This document shows, piece by piece, positions 41,002-54,984 of a stretch of 64,000 nucleotides of DNA (within the stretch, counting starts at the first letter, position 1; each line of letters opens with the position of its first letter). The translations under genes were made by a program, and so were the position numbers. The stretch lies in the NCBI RefSeq assembly GCF_009914755.1, contig NC_060934.1. The stretch is one strand, 5' to 3'. The stretch comes from the human T2T-CHM13v2.0 reference genome, Homo sapiens. The notes under the pieces were generated by a model, which had not been told where the DNA came from, made no database searches, and was given only the letters and a program-made list of their open reading frames with translations.

Positions 41002-41353
41002 TGATATGATTTGGCTGTGTCCCCACCCAAATCTCATATTTAATTATACTCCCATAATTCCCACATGTTGTGGGAGGGACTCGGTGAGAGATAATTTGAA
41101 TCATGGAGGTGGTTTCCCCCATACTGTTCTTGTGGTAGTGAATAAGTCTCACAAGATCGGACGGTTTTATCAGGGATTTCCGTTTTTACTTTTTCCTCAT
41201 TTTCTCTTGCTGCCACCATGTAAGAAGTGTCTTCACTTCCCACCATGATTCTGAGGCCTCCCCACCTGTATGGAACTGTAAGTCCAATTAAACCTCTTTT
41301 TCTTCCAGGTCTCGGGTCTGTCCTTATCAGCAACATGAAAATGGATTAATATA
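41002..41353 (+). mobile_element. THE1 solo LTR
   Basis: tgatatgatttggctgtgtccccacccaaatctc...; perfect TSD CCTGC at 40997-41001 and 41354-41358. Confidence 0.93.
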
Positions 41354-43023
41354 CCTGCCTTCCCTACTCTGTAGCCTACTGAGGAGTAGAATCTAGTCTC
41401 TACACATTCACACATTCTCACATCCTTCTTCTTGCCTCTGTGTTTTAAGATTTTCTTAACAAATTTTTATAGGAAAGAAGACACAGCCCAAAGAGGCTCA
41501 AAGTCTTCTGAGATCTTGCTGTGGAGATTCCTGGTGTATAATTTCTGATGGCCTCCAAGAAGGTAAACGAGAAGCTTCTAGGAGCCTTCATCCTTCCTCA
41601 CTTTTTTACTGAGCTTTGGTTCACAATATCATCTCTTCCTCCCAGACTTATTAAAGACTATCGTCCCCTCTCCTTAGCCTCCAGGTGCAATCCGAGCTGG
41701 AGATTTTGGCAACTGGAATTCCTCCAGACCATCAGGATCTATGTCCTTTTCCAGAAAAATATTTCTGTGGCCCCTCCTCCAAAAAAACAGCTGTCTCACC
41801 ATCATGGTCTTACCTGCAGAATCAAGTGACCTCTTCCCATAAGAGACTGCAGATTTAACTCCTGAATTCTCCAAAATGTCCAAAGCAAACACAGAACTGC
41901 TAGATTTAAACTATCTTTCTTGTCTTTTGCCAAGTTAAATTATTTGGCCCTGTGGCCAAACTCAGAGAGCAGACCTGTATTTCAGTTTTTCCCCCTATAA
42001 AATTATTGTTTGACTAATATTCCTCCTGTTAAGTTAAATAAATTATGACAGTTTTGTAAAGAATTTAGATGTCATTATTTTCCATCTTTGTGGAATGAAA
42101 GCTCCGTGTGTACTGAATCTTTTTACAAATCTCTTAACTTCCTTAAACGTTGTGCTTGTTTGCGGTTCTCCCAATGATGATCACATCATTTCCTGAACAT
42201 TCCCAGGGTGAACTCAATGCAGATTCTTCAGATTTTAGGGAAAACGTGGATTGGTAGAAAAAAAACAAAAATGACCATGGTTTTCAAAATTTTTTTTCTA
42301 TATTCTTCCCCATTGACATACTGTACAGTTTAAAAGTGTCCTATTATACTATATACTGAGATGTTAAGCATAAAATCTTTCCTTAGATATGTTCCTATGA
42401 CATTTCATCCATTTCCAATAAAACATGTGGGTAAGTAAGATGTAGTGGATGTCAAAACTAATAGGTTTATTTTATGCAAAAGTATATAATCTAATAGCCT
42501 TCCTTATTAAAGGTGACTTATAAAACAGACATTTAGGCAGTGATGTGCAGTTTCTGTATTTAACATTTAAAATTATTACATGGGCTTGGCTTATGCTTTG
42601 TATGGAAGCTTAAAAGGTTGTCAAAAGTTAGAGATGAAGGGAATTTGGGGTTTTATTGCCACACTGGTGTTTTGGACACAAGGCTAAAACACACAAAGAT
42701 CAATTTAAACAGAGGACTGGCCGTGGAGTAAGTCTGACGAACTTCTGTGTGAGTGACTTGGACATGTAAGTCTTTGAGTATCAATACCCTGTCCTGTAAA
42801 ACTAAAGCACCTCAGTGGTTGTTTTGAGTCTCAAATGAAATAATGAAACTGGATGTGTTTTTGTAAACTGTGCCACACTAGGTGAAAAGCTAAGGTCATT
42901 CTACTCTGTGGTTAGTAGTTCAGTTCTCTTAATGTGTAACACTTGGTTCTCCAGCTGCTTGGTTGATAATAATGCCAACTATTCAACTATTTTCATCCAA
43001 GGACTTAAATAAGAAACACCATC

Positions 43024-43388
43024 TCTATTTGTCTGTTCTCATGCTGCTAATAAAGATGTACCCAAGACTGGGTAATTTATAAAGGAAAGACTTTTAATGG
43101 ACTCACAGTTCCACATGGCTGGAGAGGCCTCACAATCATGGCAGAAGGCAAAGGAGAAGCAAATGCATGTCTTACGTGGTCACAGGCAGGAGAGCTTGTG
43201 CAGGGGAACTCCCATTTATAAAACCATCAGAGCTCATGAGACTTATTCACTATCACAAGAAAAACACTGGAAAGACCTGCCCCTCATGATTTAACTACCT
43301 CCCACCAGGTCCCTTCCAAGACACATAGGAATTATGGGATCTACAATTCAAGATGAGATTTGGGTGGGGACACAGCCAAGCCATATCA
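43024..43388 (-). mobile_element. THE1 solo LTR
   Basis: Reverse THE1 ending gccaagccatatca; TSD ccatc/ctatc. Confidence 0.9.
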
Positions 43389-43393
43389 CTATC

Positions 43394-43520
43394 CCAGCTT
43401 TTTGGGAAGCTAAGATGGGAGGATCACTTGAGCCAAGGAGTTTGGGGTTACAGTGAACTATGATCGGGACGCTGTACTTCAGCCTGGGAAACAAAGCAAG
43501 ATCCCAACTCAAAAAAAAGA
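43394..43520 (+). mobile_element. FRAM / Alu right-monomer fragment
   Basis: ccagctttttgggaagctaagatgggaggatcacttgagcc...A tail. Confidence 0.8.
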
Positions 43521-43534
43521 AATGCTAATGTTTT

Positions 43535-43920
43535 GGAGTGCCGTGCAGGTCAAGCCTTCAGGCTCCAGGTGCCCATTCCCCCAGCTGCTGTGAGTGTTGG
43601 CTACTGAGAGCTCATAGCTGAGTTCCTTTCCAGCAAATGCCCACATCAGAAGGAAACAGCCTTCCCTGGAGCAGTCTGCTTCTGAAGATCAGCCGATGTA
43701 AGAATACACGGGCCCAGCTCTCTGCCTCCACTGAAGATAATTTTGAAGAGTCTTCCGAGATTTCATTTTCTGCTGGGACAGTAGAGGCCCCGTTTGCAAA
43801 GGCCTCACAGTTCTCAGTCACCCTCTGTCCCATCCTGCTTCCCCCACCTCCTCACAGGGTTATTCCCAGGTGTACTGCCTAAAAAAATTCTCCTTCAGGT
43901 AAATCTCCATTTCAGGAATT
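43535..43920 (+). mobile_element. LTR16-like ERVL LTR
   Basis: cccagctgctgtgagtgttggctactgagagctcatagctg...catcctgcttcccccacctcctcacagg...aaatctccatttcag. Confidence 0.6.
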
Positions 43921-44337
43921 GGTGCCATTTAAAAGCTCTCCAGATAACTGCTGTCTGTCACACAAGGAAGATCACTAGTTTAATCTCTGCATCGGACAAT
44001 ATTGTTTCTAACATTGAACAGTAGTGTGCCAAAAATTAAAGTGTAACATTTCCAATCTCAGTTTTTTCATCTGTCAGATTGGAATAACTCCCTTACGGAG
44101 TATTTGTTATAAGACATACATAATGTGATAATATAGTGTCTACAACATTGTGAATACTCAATAACTATTGGTTTTACTATTTTTATGGGAAATCAGAAAG
44201 TGAAGTTTAGAGTTCCATGTGATTGGGACTATATTAGATGTTCTGTAATGAAATCTTTAGACAAGTGATAGTACTAATAATGTAATTATTAGTAACATAT
44301 AATTCTAGAGAGATTTAAGAGTAATTTATTTGAGTGT

Positions 44338-44762
44338 TGATATGCTTGGCTATTTGTTCCTTGAAATCTCATGTTGAAATGTGATTCCTAATGTTAGAGG
44401 TGAGGTCCAGTGGGAGCTGTTTGGGTCACAGGGATGGATTCCTCATGAATAGCTTGATGCCCTTCTCACAGAAGTGAGTGAATTCTCACTATTAGTTTCC
44501 AAGAGTACTGGCTGTTGGAAAGAGCCTGGCACTTCCTCTACTCCCTCTCTATTGTTGCTTCTCCCTCCATGTGATCTGCCCATGGTCACTTCCCTTTGCC
44601 TTCTGCCATGCGTAAAATCTTCCTGAGGTCCTCATCAGAAGCAGATGCCAGCACCGTGCTTCTTGTACTTGCCTGCAGAACTGTGAGCCAAATAAACCTC
44701 TTTTCCTGATAAGTTATCCAGCCTCAGGCATTCCTTTATAACAACGCAAACAGACAAAAACA
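44338..44762 (+). mobile_element. MSTB-like MaLR solo LTR
   Basis: tgatatgcttgg...aaatctcatgttgaaatgtgatt...ccagcctcaggcattcctttataacaacgcaaacagac. Confidence 0.85.
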
Positions 44763-46831
44763 GATAGCAACCAAGAAAAGGGGAAAAGTATTATATAAAC
44801 TGTAGGAGGCATTTTATATTTACAGTGGAGATATTTATGTAGGAAACACACCCACACCCACATCAAATTTATTGTTAAATAACGTTTGAAAAAATTCTGG
44901 CTGAAGTGTGTGACTAACACGATAGCATAAAATATTTGTTGTCAATTGGTGCAAGTCACAGGATAATTAAAAGGTCAAAAAGAGTAACTGGAAGGGTGAA
45001 GCAAAGCTTTGGGGGAGGATTGTTATCTATTATTTATGTAGAATTTTAAAAATTGCTACTGTTTTACAGAAAATGGTGACCAGCCTGTCTCATTTCAATA
45101 AGAAGAAAAGAATCTAAAGTCCTGGATTTCCATTAGAAGGTGGGAGTTATATAGGGAGGCTATTAACATTTTTCATTTTCCTGCTCAAACACCTTTTAAC
45201 AAGGGTCATGGTACTCTTACTCTACATGAAACAAATAGTCACCACAAGAAGCTGTTGAATTATCTAAAGAAAAATAATAAGAAAGACATTATCCAAAGAA
45301 AAATCATTTCTTCAACTTAAGTAGGATTGATGGGGCAAGACACTGTTAGGACTAATAAAGCATCATTATCCACTGTATCAACCCATAATCCAAATCAGTT
45401 TAAAGTCTTTAAAGTGCCTAATTCAGAATTTTTCCCCCTGTAATGGTTTGAAAAATGACCATCCAACACTATAATCAGAGAAGAGCTGAAATAACAGAAC
45501 TGGTTTTATTTGCACTAATGTTTGTCTTTAGTTTAAAAAAGAAATCAAGTAAACTAACTAATTTTCATACTGTTGCCAAATTTTCTTTACTGGTATAACT
45601 CAGTATTTCAGACCTTTGTGATACAAAATAAGATTGCAGTTAATACTTTTGTAACTTTAAAAAAATTTTTAAATATTTCAGATTGACAAGTAATGAAGGC
45701 TCTTACTCATAACACCTTATTGTATAAATCCTTGATAATTGTCACATTTATCTCTGATTATATTAAGGCAGAAAATATGACTGGGTGTTTTGAAGCCCTC
45801 TGTGTTCCTCACTATAATTTCATTTTTCAGTCTCTCTCCCCAGAGGTAATGCCTACCCTAGATTTGTATTTATTATTCAGTAAATACGTTTACAATTTTA
45901 ATAACATATTGGTAACCATTAATAAAACATAGTTTTTAATAGAAATGATATTATTTTCCAACATGCTTTGTTCTGGCTAAATATTAAACTTTTAAGATAT
46001 ATCTGAATTGCTATTTGTAAATTTAATTCATTCCATTAATTATGTTAATAATTACAGTATTAGCATAATTATGTTACAGTATTCCATTTTATGATAGAAA
46101 ACAATGTATTCATCCATACTCTTGTCTTTGTGATCCAGCTTTTTTCTAATTGTTCTCTTTCACAAACATCCATTGTGCCTTGTATGAGGGCTTTTCTGTG
46201 GTATGTATCCAAAGTGGCATGGCTAGGTCCCAGGGTCACAAGCATTTTCAGTTTAACTCAATCTTTATAATTGCTCTTGACAATAGTTTAATCATGTTGA
46301 CAGTCTCTCCAGCACTGTGTAAGAATTCCCAGTTGCCTGCAATCTGATCCTCACTTAGTAATACAGATTTTTAATCTTTCTCTATCTGATGGTTACAAAA
46401 TTGTACCTTCTTGTGTAAATTCTCAATTTTCTAATTACAGTGTGTAGAAGTATATGTATTGGCTTTTAAAATCTTCTGCTACTTGTCAGCTCATAGTTTA
46501 TGCAAATTTGCTATTGGGTTATTTTTATTTGTAAAGTTAATATTAGGTCTGCACATTTTTTGGATAATAAAATTGTCCAAGTATTTGTTAAAATAACATT
46601 TAAATCTATTTAAATTTAATAAAAATCCGGATCAGTCTAGTTCTGATAGTTCAGCTCTTTTCTGATTTGTGTTGGGGGGTCATTTCTAAATTCTTTAGGG
46701 AGAAAAAATCTGAGTTAAGCTTTTTAAAAAAGAAAAAGCTCAAATATCTCAGTAAGGAAGTCAGGCTGGGAGGCAGGGTAAGTACTTCATTTAGTATGTA
46801 CTTTAATTTTCTACTGTGAGGTAGGAATGTG

Positions 46832-49800
46832 TTTTTTTTTTTTTAATTTTCCCATAGGTTATTGGGATACAGGTGGTGTTTAGTTACATGAGTAAGTTCT
46901 TCAGTGGTGATTTGTGAGTTTTTGGTGCACCCATCACCCGAGCAGTATAAACTGCACCCGATTTGGATAGTCTTTTATCCCTCTCCTGCCTCCCAACCTT
47001 CCCCACAAGTCCCCAAAGTCCATTGTATCATTCTTTTGCCTTTGCATCCTCATGTCTTAGCTCCCACATATCAGTGAGAACATATGATGTTTGATTTTCT
47101 ATTCCTGAGTTACTTCACTTATAATAATAGTCTCCAATCTCATCCAGATCACTGCAAGTGCCATTAATTCATTCATTTTCATGGCTGAGTAGTATTCCAT
47201 TTTCTTTAACCACTCATTGATTGATGGGGATTTGGGTTGGTTCCACGATTTTGCAATTAACGGATTGTGTTGCTGTAAACATGTGCAAGTATCTTTTTCA
47301 TATAATGACTTATTTTCCTCTGGGTAGATACTCAGTAGTGGGATTACTGGATCAAATGGTAGTTCTACTTTCGGTTCTTTAAGGAACCTCCACACTGTTT
47401 TGCATAGTGGCTGTACTATTTTACATTGCTACCAGCAGTGTAGAAGTGTTCCCTGATCACTGCATCCACATCAACATCTACTGTTTCTTGATTTTTTTAT
47501 TATGGCCATCCTTGCAGGAATAAGGTGGTATCACACTGTGATTTTGATTTGCATTTCCCTGATCATTAGTGATGATAAGCGTTTTTTCACATTTCTGTTG
47601 GCTATTATTTGTACATCTTCTTTTGATAATTGTCTATTTGTGTCCTTAGTTCACTTTTTGATGGGCTAAGGATTTAGCCCACTAAACCAAACTAAACAAC
47701 CAAAAAGCCCACTTTTTGATTGTTTGTCTTTTTCTTGCTAATTTCTTTGAGTTTGTTGTGGATTCTGGATATTAGTCCTTTGTCAGATGTATAGATTGTA
47801 AAGATGTTCCCCCACTCTTTGGGTTGTCTGTTTACTCTGCTGACTTCTCTTTTTGCTGTGCAAAAGCTCTTTCATTTAGTTAAATCTTGGTTATTTATCT
47901 TTGTTTTTATTGCATTTGCTTTTGGGTTCTTGGTCATAAAATCCTTGCACAAGCCAACATCTATAAGGATTTTTCCAGTATTATCTTGTAGAATTTTTAT
48001 AGTTTCAGCTCTTAGATTTTAGTCCTTAATCCATCTTGAGTTGATTTTTGTATAGTATGAGAGATGAGGATCCAGTTGCATTCTCCTTTATGTGGCTAAC
48101 CAATTATCCCAGAACCATTTGTTGAAAAGGGTATCCCTTCCACACTTTATGTTTTTGTTTGCTTTATTGAAGAACACTTGGCTGTATTTGGGTTTATTTC
48201 TGGATTCTCTATTCTTTTCCACTGGTCTATGTGCCTATATTTATACCAGTACCATGGTGTTTTGGTGACTATGGCCTTATGGTATAGTTTGAAATCAGGT
48301 AGTGTGATGCTTCTAGATTTGGTCTTTTGCTCAGTCTTGCTTTGGCTATGCAAGCTCTTTCTTGGTTCCATTTGAATTTAGAATACTTTTTTCTAATTCT
48401 GTGAAGAATGATGGTAGTATTTTGATGGGGATTGCATTAAATTTGTAGATTGCTTTACGCAGTATGGTCATTTTCACAATATTGATTCTACCTATCCATG
48501 AGCATGGGATATGTTTCCATTTGTTTGTGTCATCTTTCATTTCTTTCAGAAGTGTTTTGTAGTTTTCCTTCCAGAGGTCTTTCACCTCATTGGTTAGACA
48601 CATTACTAAGTTTTTCCAATTTTGTTTTTTGCAGCTATTGTAAAAGGGGTTGAGTAATTGATTTGATTCTCTGCTTGGTCACCATTGGTGTATAGGAGAG
48701 CTACTGATTTGTGTACATTAATCTTGTATTTGGAAACTTTGCTGAATTCTTTTATCAGTTCTAGGAGCTTTCTGGAGGAGTCTTTAGGGTTTTCAAGGTA
48801 AATGATCATATCATGAGCAAAGAGTGATGGTTTGAATTCCTCTTTACTGATTTGGATGCCTTTTATTTCTTACTCTTGTCTGATTGCTCTGGCTGGGACT
48901 TCCAGTACTATGTTGAAGAGGAGTGGTGAAAATGGGCGTCCTTATCTTGTTCCAGTTCTCAGAGGGAATGCTTTCAACTTTTCCCCATTCAGTATTACAT
49001 TGGCTGTGGGTTTGTTATAGATGGCTTTTATTACATTGAGGTCTGTCCCTTGTATGCCAATTTTGCTGAGAGTTTTAATCATAAAGGGATGCGGGATTTT
49101 GTCAAATGATTTTTCTGCACCTATTAAGATGATTATGTGATTTTTGTTTTTAATTCTGTTTATGTGGTGTATCACATTTATTGACTTGCATATGTTAAAC
49201 CATCCCTCCATCCCTGGTATGAAACCCACCTGATCATGGTGGATTAACTTTTTGATATGTTGTTGGATTCAGTTAGCTAGTATTTTGTTAAGATTTCAGT
49301 ATCTATGTTCATCAGGGATATCGATCTGTAGTTTTCTTTTTTGGTTATGTCCTTTCCTGGTTTGGGTATTAGGGTGATGCTGTCTTCATAGAATGAATTA
49401 GGGAGGGCTCCCCCTTTCTCTATCTTGTGGAATAGTGTCCATAGGATTGGTAACAATTCTTCTTGGAATGTCTGGTAGAATTCTGCTGTGAATCCATCTG
49501 GTCCTGGATTTTTTTTGGTTGGTAATTTTTACATTACCATTTCAATCTCACTGCTTGTTATTGGCCTGTTTAGGGTATCTAATTCTTCCTGATTTAAGCT
49601 AGGAGGGTTACATTTTTCTAGGAATTTATCTATCTTTTCTAGGTTTTTTAGTTTCTGTGTGTAAAGGTGTTCATAGTAGCCTTGAATGATCTTTTGTATT
49701 TCTGTGCTGTCAGTTGTAATATCTCCCATTTCATTTCTTATTGAGGTCATTTGGATTTTCTCTCTTCTTTTCTTGGTTAATCTTGCTAATGATCTATCAA

Positions 49801-52800
49801 TTTCATTTATCTTTTCAAAGAACCAGCTTTTTTATTCATTTACATTTTGTATTTTGTTGTTGTTGTTGTTGTTTCAATTTCATTGAGTTCTGCTCTGAAC
49901 TTGGTTATTTCCTTTCTTCTGCTGGGTTTAGGTTTGCTTTGTTCTTGTTTCTCTAGTTCCTTGAGGTGTGACCTCAGAATGTCAGTTTGTGCTCTTTCAG
50001 TTTTTTTGATGTAGGCATTTAGGGCTATGAACTTTCCTCTTAGCACCAACTTTGATGTATCCCAGAGGTTTTGATAGGTTGTGACACTACTATTGTTCAG
50101 TTCAGAGAATTTTTAAATTTCCATCTTGATTTCATTTTTGACCCAGTGATCATTCAGCAGCAGGATATTTAATTTCCATGTATTTGCATGGTGTTGAAGG
50201 TTCCTTTTGGAGTTGATTTCCAGTTTTATTTCATTGTGGTCTGAGAGAGTGCTTGATAAAATTTTAATTTTCTTAAATTTATTGAAGCTCATTTTGTAAC
50301 CTATGGTCATATGGTCTATCTTGGAGAAAGTTTCATGTGCTGTTGAATAGAACGTGTATTCTGTGGTTGTTGGATGGAATGTTTTATATATATATCTTAT
50401 GTCCATTTGTTCCAAGGTATAGTTTTAATCCATTGTTTCTTTGTTGACTTTGTCTTGATGACCTGTTTAGTGCTGTCAGTGGAGTATTGAAGTCACCCAC
50501 TATTATTGTGTTGCTCCCTATCTCATTTCTTAGGTCTATTAGTAATTGTTTTATAGATTTGGGAGCTCCAGTGTTGGATACATATATGTATAGGATTGTG
50601 ATATTTTCCTGTTGGACAAGGCCTTTAACCATTTTGTAATGTCCCTTTGTCCTCTTTAACTGCTGTTGCTTTAAAATTTGTTTTTTCTGATGTAAGAATA
50701 GCCACTCCTGCTCACTTTTGGTGCCCATTTGCATAAAATGCCTTTTTCCACCCCTTTAAGTTTATGTGAGTCCTTATGTATTAGGTGAGTCTCTTGAAGG
50801 CAGCAGGTAGTTTGTTGGTGAATTCTTATCCATTCTGCAGTTCTGTATCTTTTAAGTGGAGCATTTAGGTCATTTATATTCAATATTAGTATTGAGATGT
50901 GAGGTACCATTCCATTCATCATGTTATTTGTTGCCTGTATACCTTGTTTTTCATTTTTGTTTTTGCTTTTTAAATTGTATTTTTGTTTTATAGGTCCTGT
51001 GAGATTTATGTTTTTAAAGGGCTCTGTTTTGATGTGTTTCCAGGATTTGTTTCAAGATTTAGAGCTCCTTTTAGCAGTTCCTGTAGCAGTGGTTTGGTAG
51101 TGGTGAATTCTCTCAGCATTTGTTTGTCTGAAAGAGACTGTATCTTTCCTTCATACATGATGCTTAGTTTCACTGGACATAAAATTCTTGGCTGATGATT
51201 GTTTTGTTTGAGGAGGCTGAAGATAGGGCCCCATCCCTTCTAGCTTGTACGGTTTCTGCTAAGAAATCTGCTGTTAATCTGATAGGTTTTCCTTTATGAG
51301 TTACCTGGTGCTTCTGTCTCATAGCTCTCAAGATTCTTTCCTTTGTCTTAACTTTAGATAACCTGATGACACACAATAATCTTTTTTTGATGAATTTCCC
51401 AGATGTTCTTTGTGTTTCTTGTATTTGAATGTCTAAGTCTCTAGCAAGGCTGGGGAAGTTTTCCCTGATTATTCCCTCAAATATGTTTTCCAAACTTTTA
51501 GATTTCTCTTCTTCCTCAGGAACACCAATTATTCTTAGGTTTGGTCATTTAACATAATCTCAGACTTCTTGGAGGCTTTGTTCATATTTCTTATTCTTTT
51601 TTCCTTGTCTTTGTTGGATTGGGTTAATTCAAAGACCTTGCCTTAGAGATCTGAATTTCTTTCTTCTACTTGTTCAATTCTATTGCTGAGACTTTTCAGG
51701 GCATTTTTCATTTCTACAAATGTGTCTAATGTTTCCTAAAGTTTTGACTGTTTTTCTTTATGCCATCAATTTTCTTGAATATTTCTCCCTACACTTCTTG
51801 TATCATATTTTGGATTTCCTTGCATTGGGCTTCACCTTTCTCTGGTGCCTCCCTGATTAGCTTAATAACTAGCCTCCTGAATTCTTTTTTCAGGTAAATT
51901 GGGGGTTTCTTCTTGGTTTAGATCCATTGGTGGTGAGCTAGTGTGATTTTTTTGGGGGGGATGTTAAAGAGCCTTGTTTTGTCATATTACCAGAGTTGGT
52001 TTTTTGGTTTCTTCTCATTTGGGTAGGCTCTGTCAGAAGGAAGGTCTAGAGCTGAAGGTTGTTGTTCAGATTCTTTTGTACCACAGGGTGTTCCCTTGAT
52101 GTAGTACTGTTCCCCTTTTCCCATGGATGTGACTTTCTGAGAGCCAAGCTGTAGAGATTGTTATCTCTCTTCTGGGTCTAGCCACCCAGCAAGTCTACCA
52201 GGCTCTGGGCTGTTACTGGGGGTTGTCTGCACAGAGTCCTGTGAGGTGAACCATTTATGCATCTCTCAGCTGTGGATACCAGCATCTTTTCCAATGGAGG
52301 GGGCAGGGGGCTGAAATGAACTCTGTGAGGATTCTTAGCTTTGGTGGTTTAATGCTCTATTTTTGTGCTTGTTGGCCTCCTGCCAGGTGGCGGCGCTTTC
52401 CGGAGAGCATCAGCTGTGGTAACATGGAGAGAAACCAGAGAGTGGGTGGGGCTTTAGAACTTCCAAGACAGAGGCTCTGGAAGCCTCTGTCTTCAGCTAC
52501 CAGAGTGGGTAGGGAAGGACCATCAAGTGGGGGCAGGGCTAGGTGTGTCTGAGCTCAGACTCTCCTTGGGTGAGTCTTGCTGTGGCTGCTGTGGGGGAGG
52601 GGGGGGTGAGGTTCCCAGGTGAATAGAGTTGTGTACCTAGGAGGATAATGGCTGCCTCTGCTGAGTCATGCAGGTTGTTAGGGAAGTGAGGGAAAGCTGG
52701 CAGTCACAGGCCTCACCCAGCTCCCATGCAATCCAAATGGCCAGTCTCACTCTCACCATGCCCCCTCTAAAGCATTGAGTCTGTTTCCAAGCAGTGGGTA

Positions 52801-53902
52801 AGCAGGGGTGAGAACTTGCCGCAGGCTACCCACCTCCCAGCTGTGAAAGAAAAGGGCTTTCGTTCTTCCCCCACCTGTGGAGTCTACACGCTGGATTTGT
52901 GCCCTCCCTTGAGTTCTGGCCAGGAGGCTTCTCCACCTGTTCAAATTGTTATAAAGTTCAGCTGGAGACTTCCTTCTCTCCGTGGCATTTTCCTCATGCC
53001 TCTGGCCACCCTCCCAAAGGATCCCTGTGAGGCCAGGCAGGAATGGCCTGCTTGGGGACCCAGCAAGCTTCTAGGGCCTTTGCTGCTGCTTCCTCTACCC
53101 CTGTATTTCGCTCGGCTCTCTAAATGGACTCAGCTCCAGGTAAGGTCAGGAACTTCTCCTGCAAACTAGATCTTCTGTGTCCGTAGTGGGGGTGTTTGTT
53201 CAGGGGCAAATGATCTCCCTTTCCCACTTTCATGCGCGTCCGTGTGAAGAGACCACCAAACAGACTTTGTGTGAGCAACATAGCTGTTTATTTCACCTGG
53301 ATGCAGGCGGGCTGAGTCCGAAAAGAGTCAGCGAAGGGAGATAAGGGTGGGACGGTTTTATATGATTTGGGTAGATAAAGGAAAATTACAGTCAAAGGGG
53401 GTTTGTTCTCTGGCAGGCAGGAGTGGGGGTTGCAAGGTGCTCAGTGGGGGTGCTTTCTGAGCCAGGATGAGCCAGGAAAAGGACTTTCACAAGGTAATGT
53501 CATCACTTAAGGCAAGGACCGGCCATTTACGCTTCTTTTGTGGTGGAATGTCATCAGTTAAGGTGGGGCAGGGCATATTCATGTCTTTTGTGATTCTTCA
53601 GTTACTTCAGGCCATCTGGGCGTATACATGCAAGTCACAGGGGATGCCATGGCTTGGCTTGGGCTCAGAGGCCTGACACCCACTTCCTCAGTTTGGGCAC
53701 TCACAGTATTTGGGGTGTCTCCTGGGTCCTGCAGGAGCAGTCTGCTTCCTTCAGAGGGTTGGTGGGTCCTCTCAGGATTCCTGATTTATTCCTGTAGTCG
53801 TTTGGGAGCTCAAATTCGTGATGTGAGCCTCCGCACACTGTTCTGTCTGTCCGAGTCAGAGCTGCAATCCAGTTCTGCCTCCTGTCAGCCATGATGATCA
53901 CC
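46832..53902 (-). mobile_element. Full-length L1PB (L1PB1-like), decayed, inserted in an older L1M
   Basis: Poly-T and 3'UTR at 46832+; ORF2 fragments 47099-50922; ORF1 fragment 51170-51493; long GC-rich 5'UTR ending ...cagccatgatgatcacc; flanks collinear with an older L1M. Confidence 0.9.
53228..53678 (-). mobile_element. Solo HERV-H LTR7 (451 bp), LTR7up-like
   Basis: Minus strand TGTCAGGCCTCTGAGCCCAAGCC...GGACGCGCATGAAA; perfect TSD CCCAC at 53223-53227 and 53679-53683; TATAAAA at 53356-53362; AATAAA at 53287-53292. Confidence 0.96.
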
Positions 53903-54984
53903 TTTAATTTTTTTCTAATATGAATAACCAGTTCTGCTAGAACTATTTTCTAAAAAGTCCATCATATCTTGCTGATATGTAATACTAAATCTGTTATATA
54001 TCAATCTCCCATAGATTTGAGGGTCTATTTTTGAACGAATTCTGTATCTTTTATTTATCGTTAATGTCAATATCTTTTAATTATCTTGGATTACAGTAAG
54101 TCTTAACTTATTGTAGGGCATATGTTTCCACCCTATTCTTAAATATCTTGGATATTTTCCATTCTTTAGTCTTCTGTATTAATTTTATAAGTTGTTTATA
54201 TTCTTGGGAGAAATTTAAAAGAAAAATCAATTTGCCAGTGATTGAAATGACATGATTTTTATTTTAAGTTAGAAGGAATAGGTATTTTTATACCATTGAG
54301 TATTTTATCATAAATATTTTTATCTCTTTTATCTACTTATTTAATGGTTTGTTCATTTATTTCTATATACTGAAAACTTTGTTGCTTTCTTTTATCTACT
54401 TAGTTTTTTGTTCATTTATTCCTATATACTGAGAACTTTTGTTGTTTTTTGGTTTTTTCTGTGGTATTCATTAGAGCAATATTGGAGCTTTTAATATTTC
54501 CATATTAACTGTGTGTTCTGAATTCTATTTTTAGTAAAATAAAAATTGTCTTCTGTTCTACATTCTTTGTTTTTAGATCTACTGTACTAGCTAAAACCTA
54601 GAAAAATAAATTGAATAGAAATGGTGACGACAAGTATCCTTGTCTTATTTTTGGTTTAGCTTTAAAGAACTTCCAGTGTTTTACTATTAAATATTATGTG
54701 TACTACAGATTTTTGGCAAATACCCTCTAGCAGACTAAGAAAGTTTCCTTTTATTCCCAGTTAGCTAGATGGATTTTATATTTTGCTTTGTTTTAATTAT
54801 ATATTGCTATTGAATTTTCAAATGCTTTTTTTTTTTGGAATCTATACAATCACATAAATTTTTATCTTTAAAATGTTAATGTGGTATGTTAATGTGGTAT
54901 GCTACTTTAATACACTTGTACTGGGAAATATATAGAGGTATAAAAAAATAGAGAAGTGCTTGGTCATATGTCTGACACATGCAT

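Noticed and set aside
54326-54445. 2 x ~63-bp tandem duplication
   Set aside because: Diverged local duplication inside L1M debris with no sign of function.
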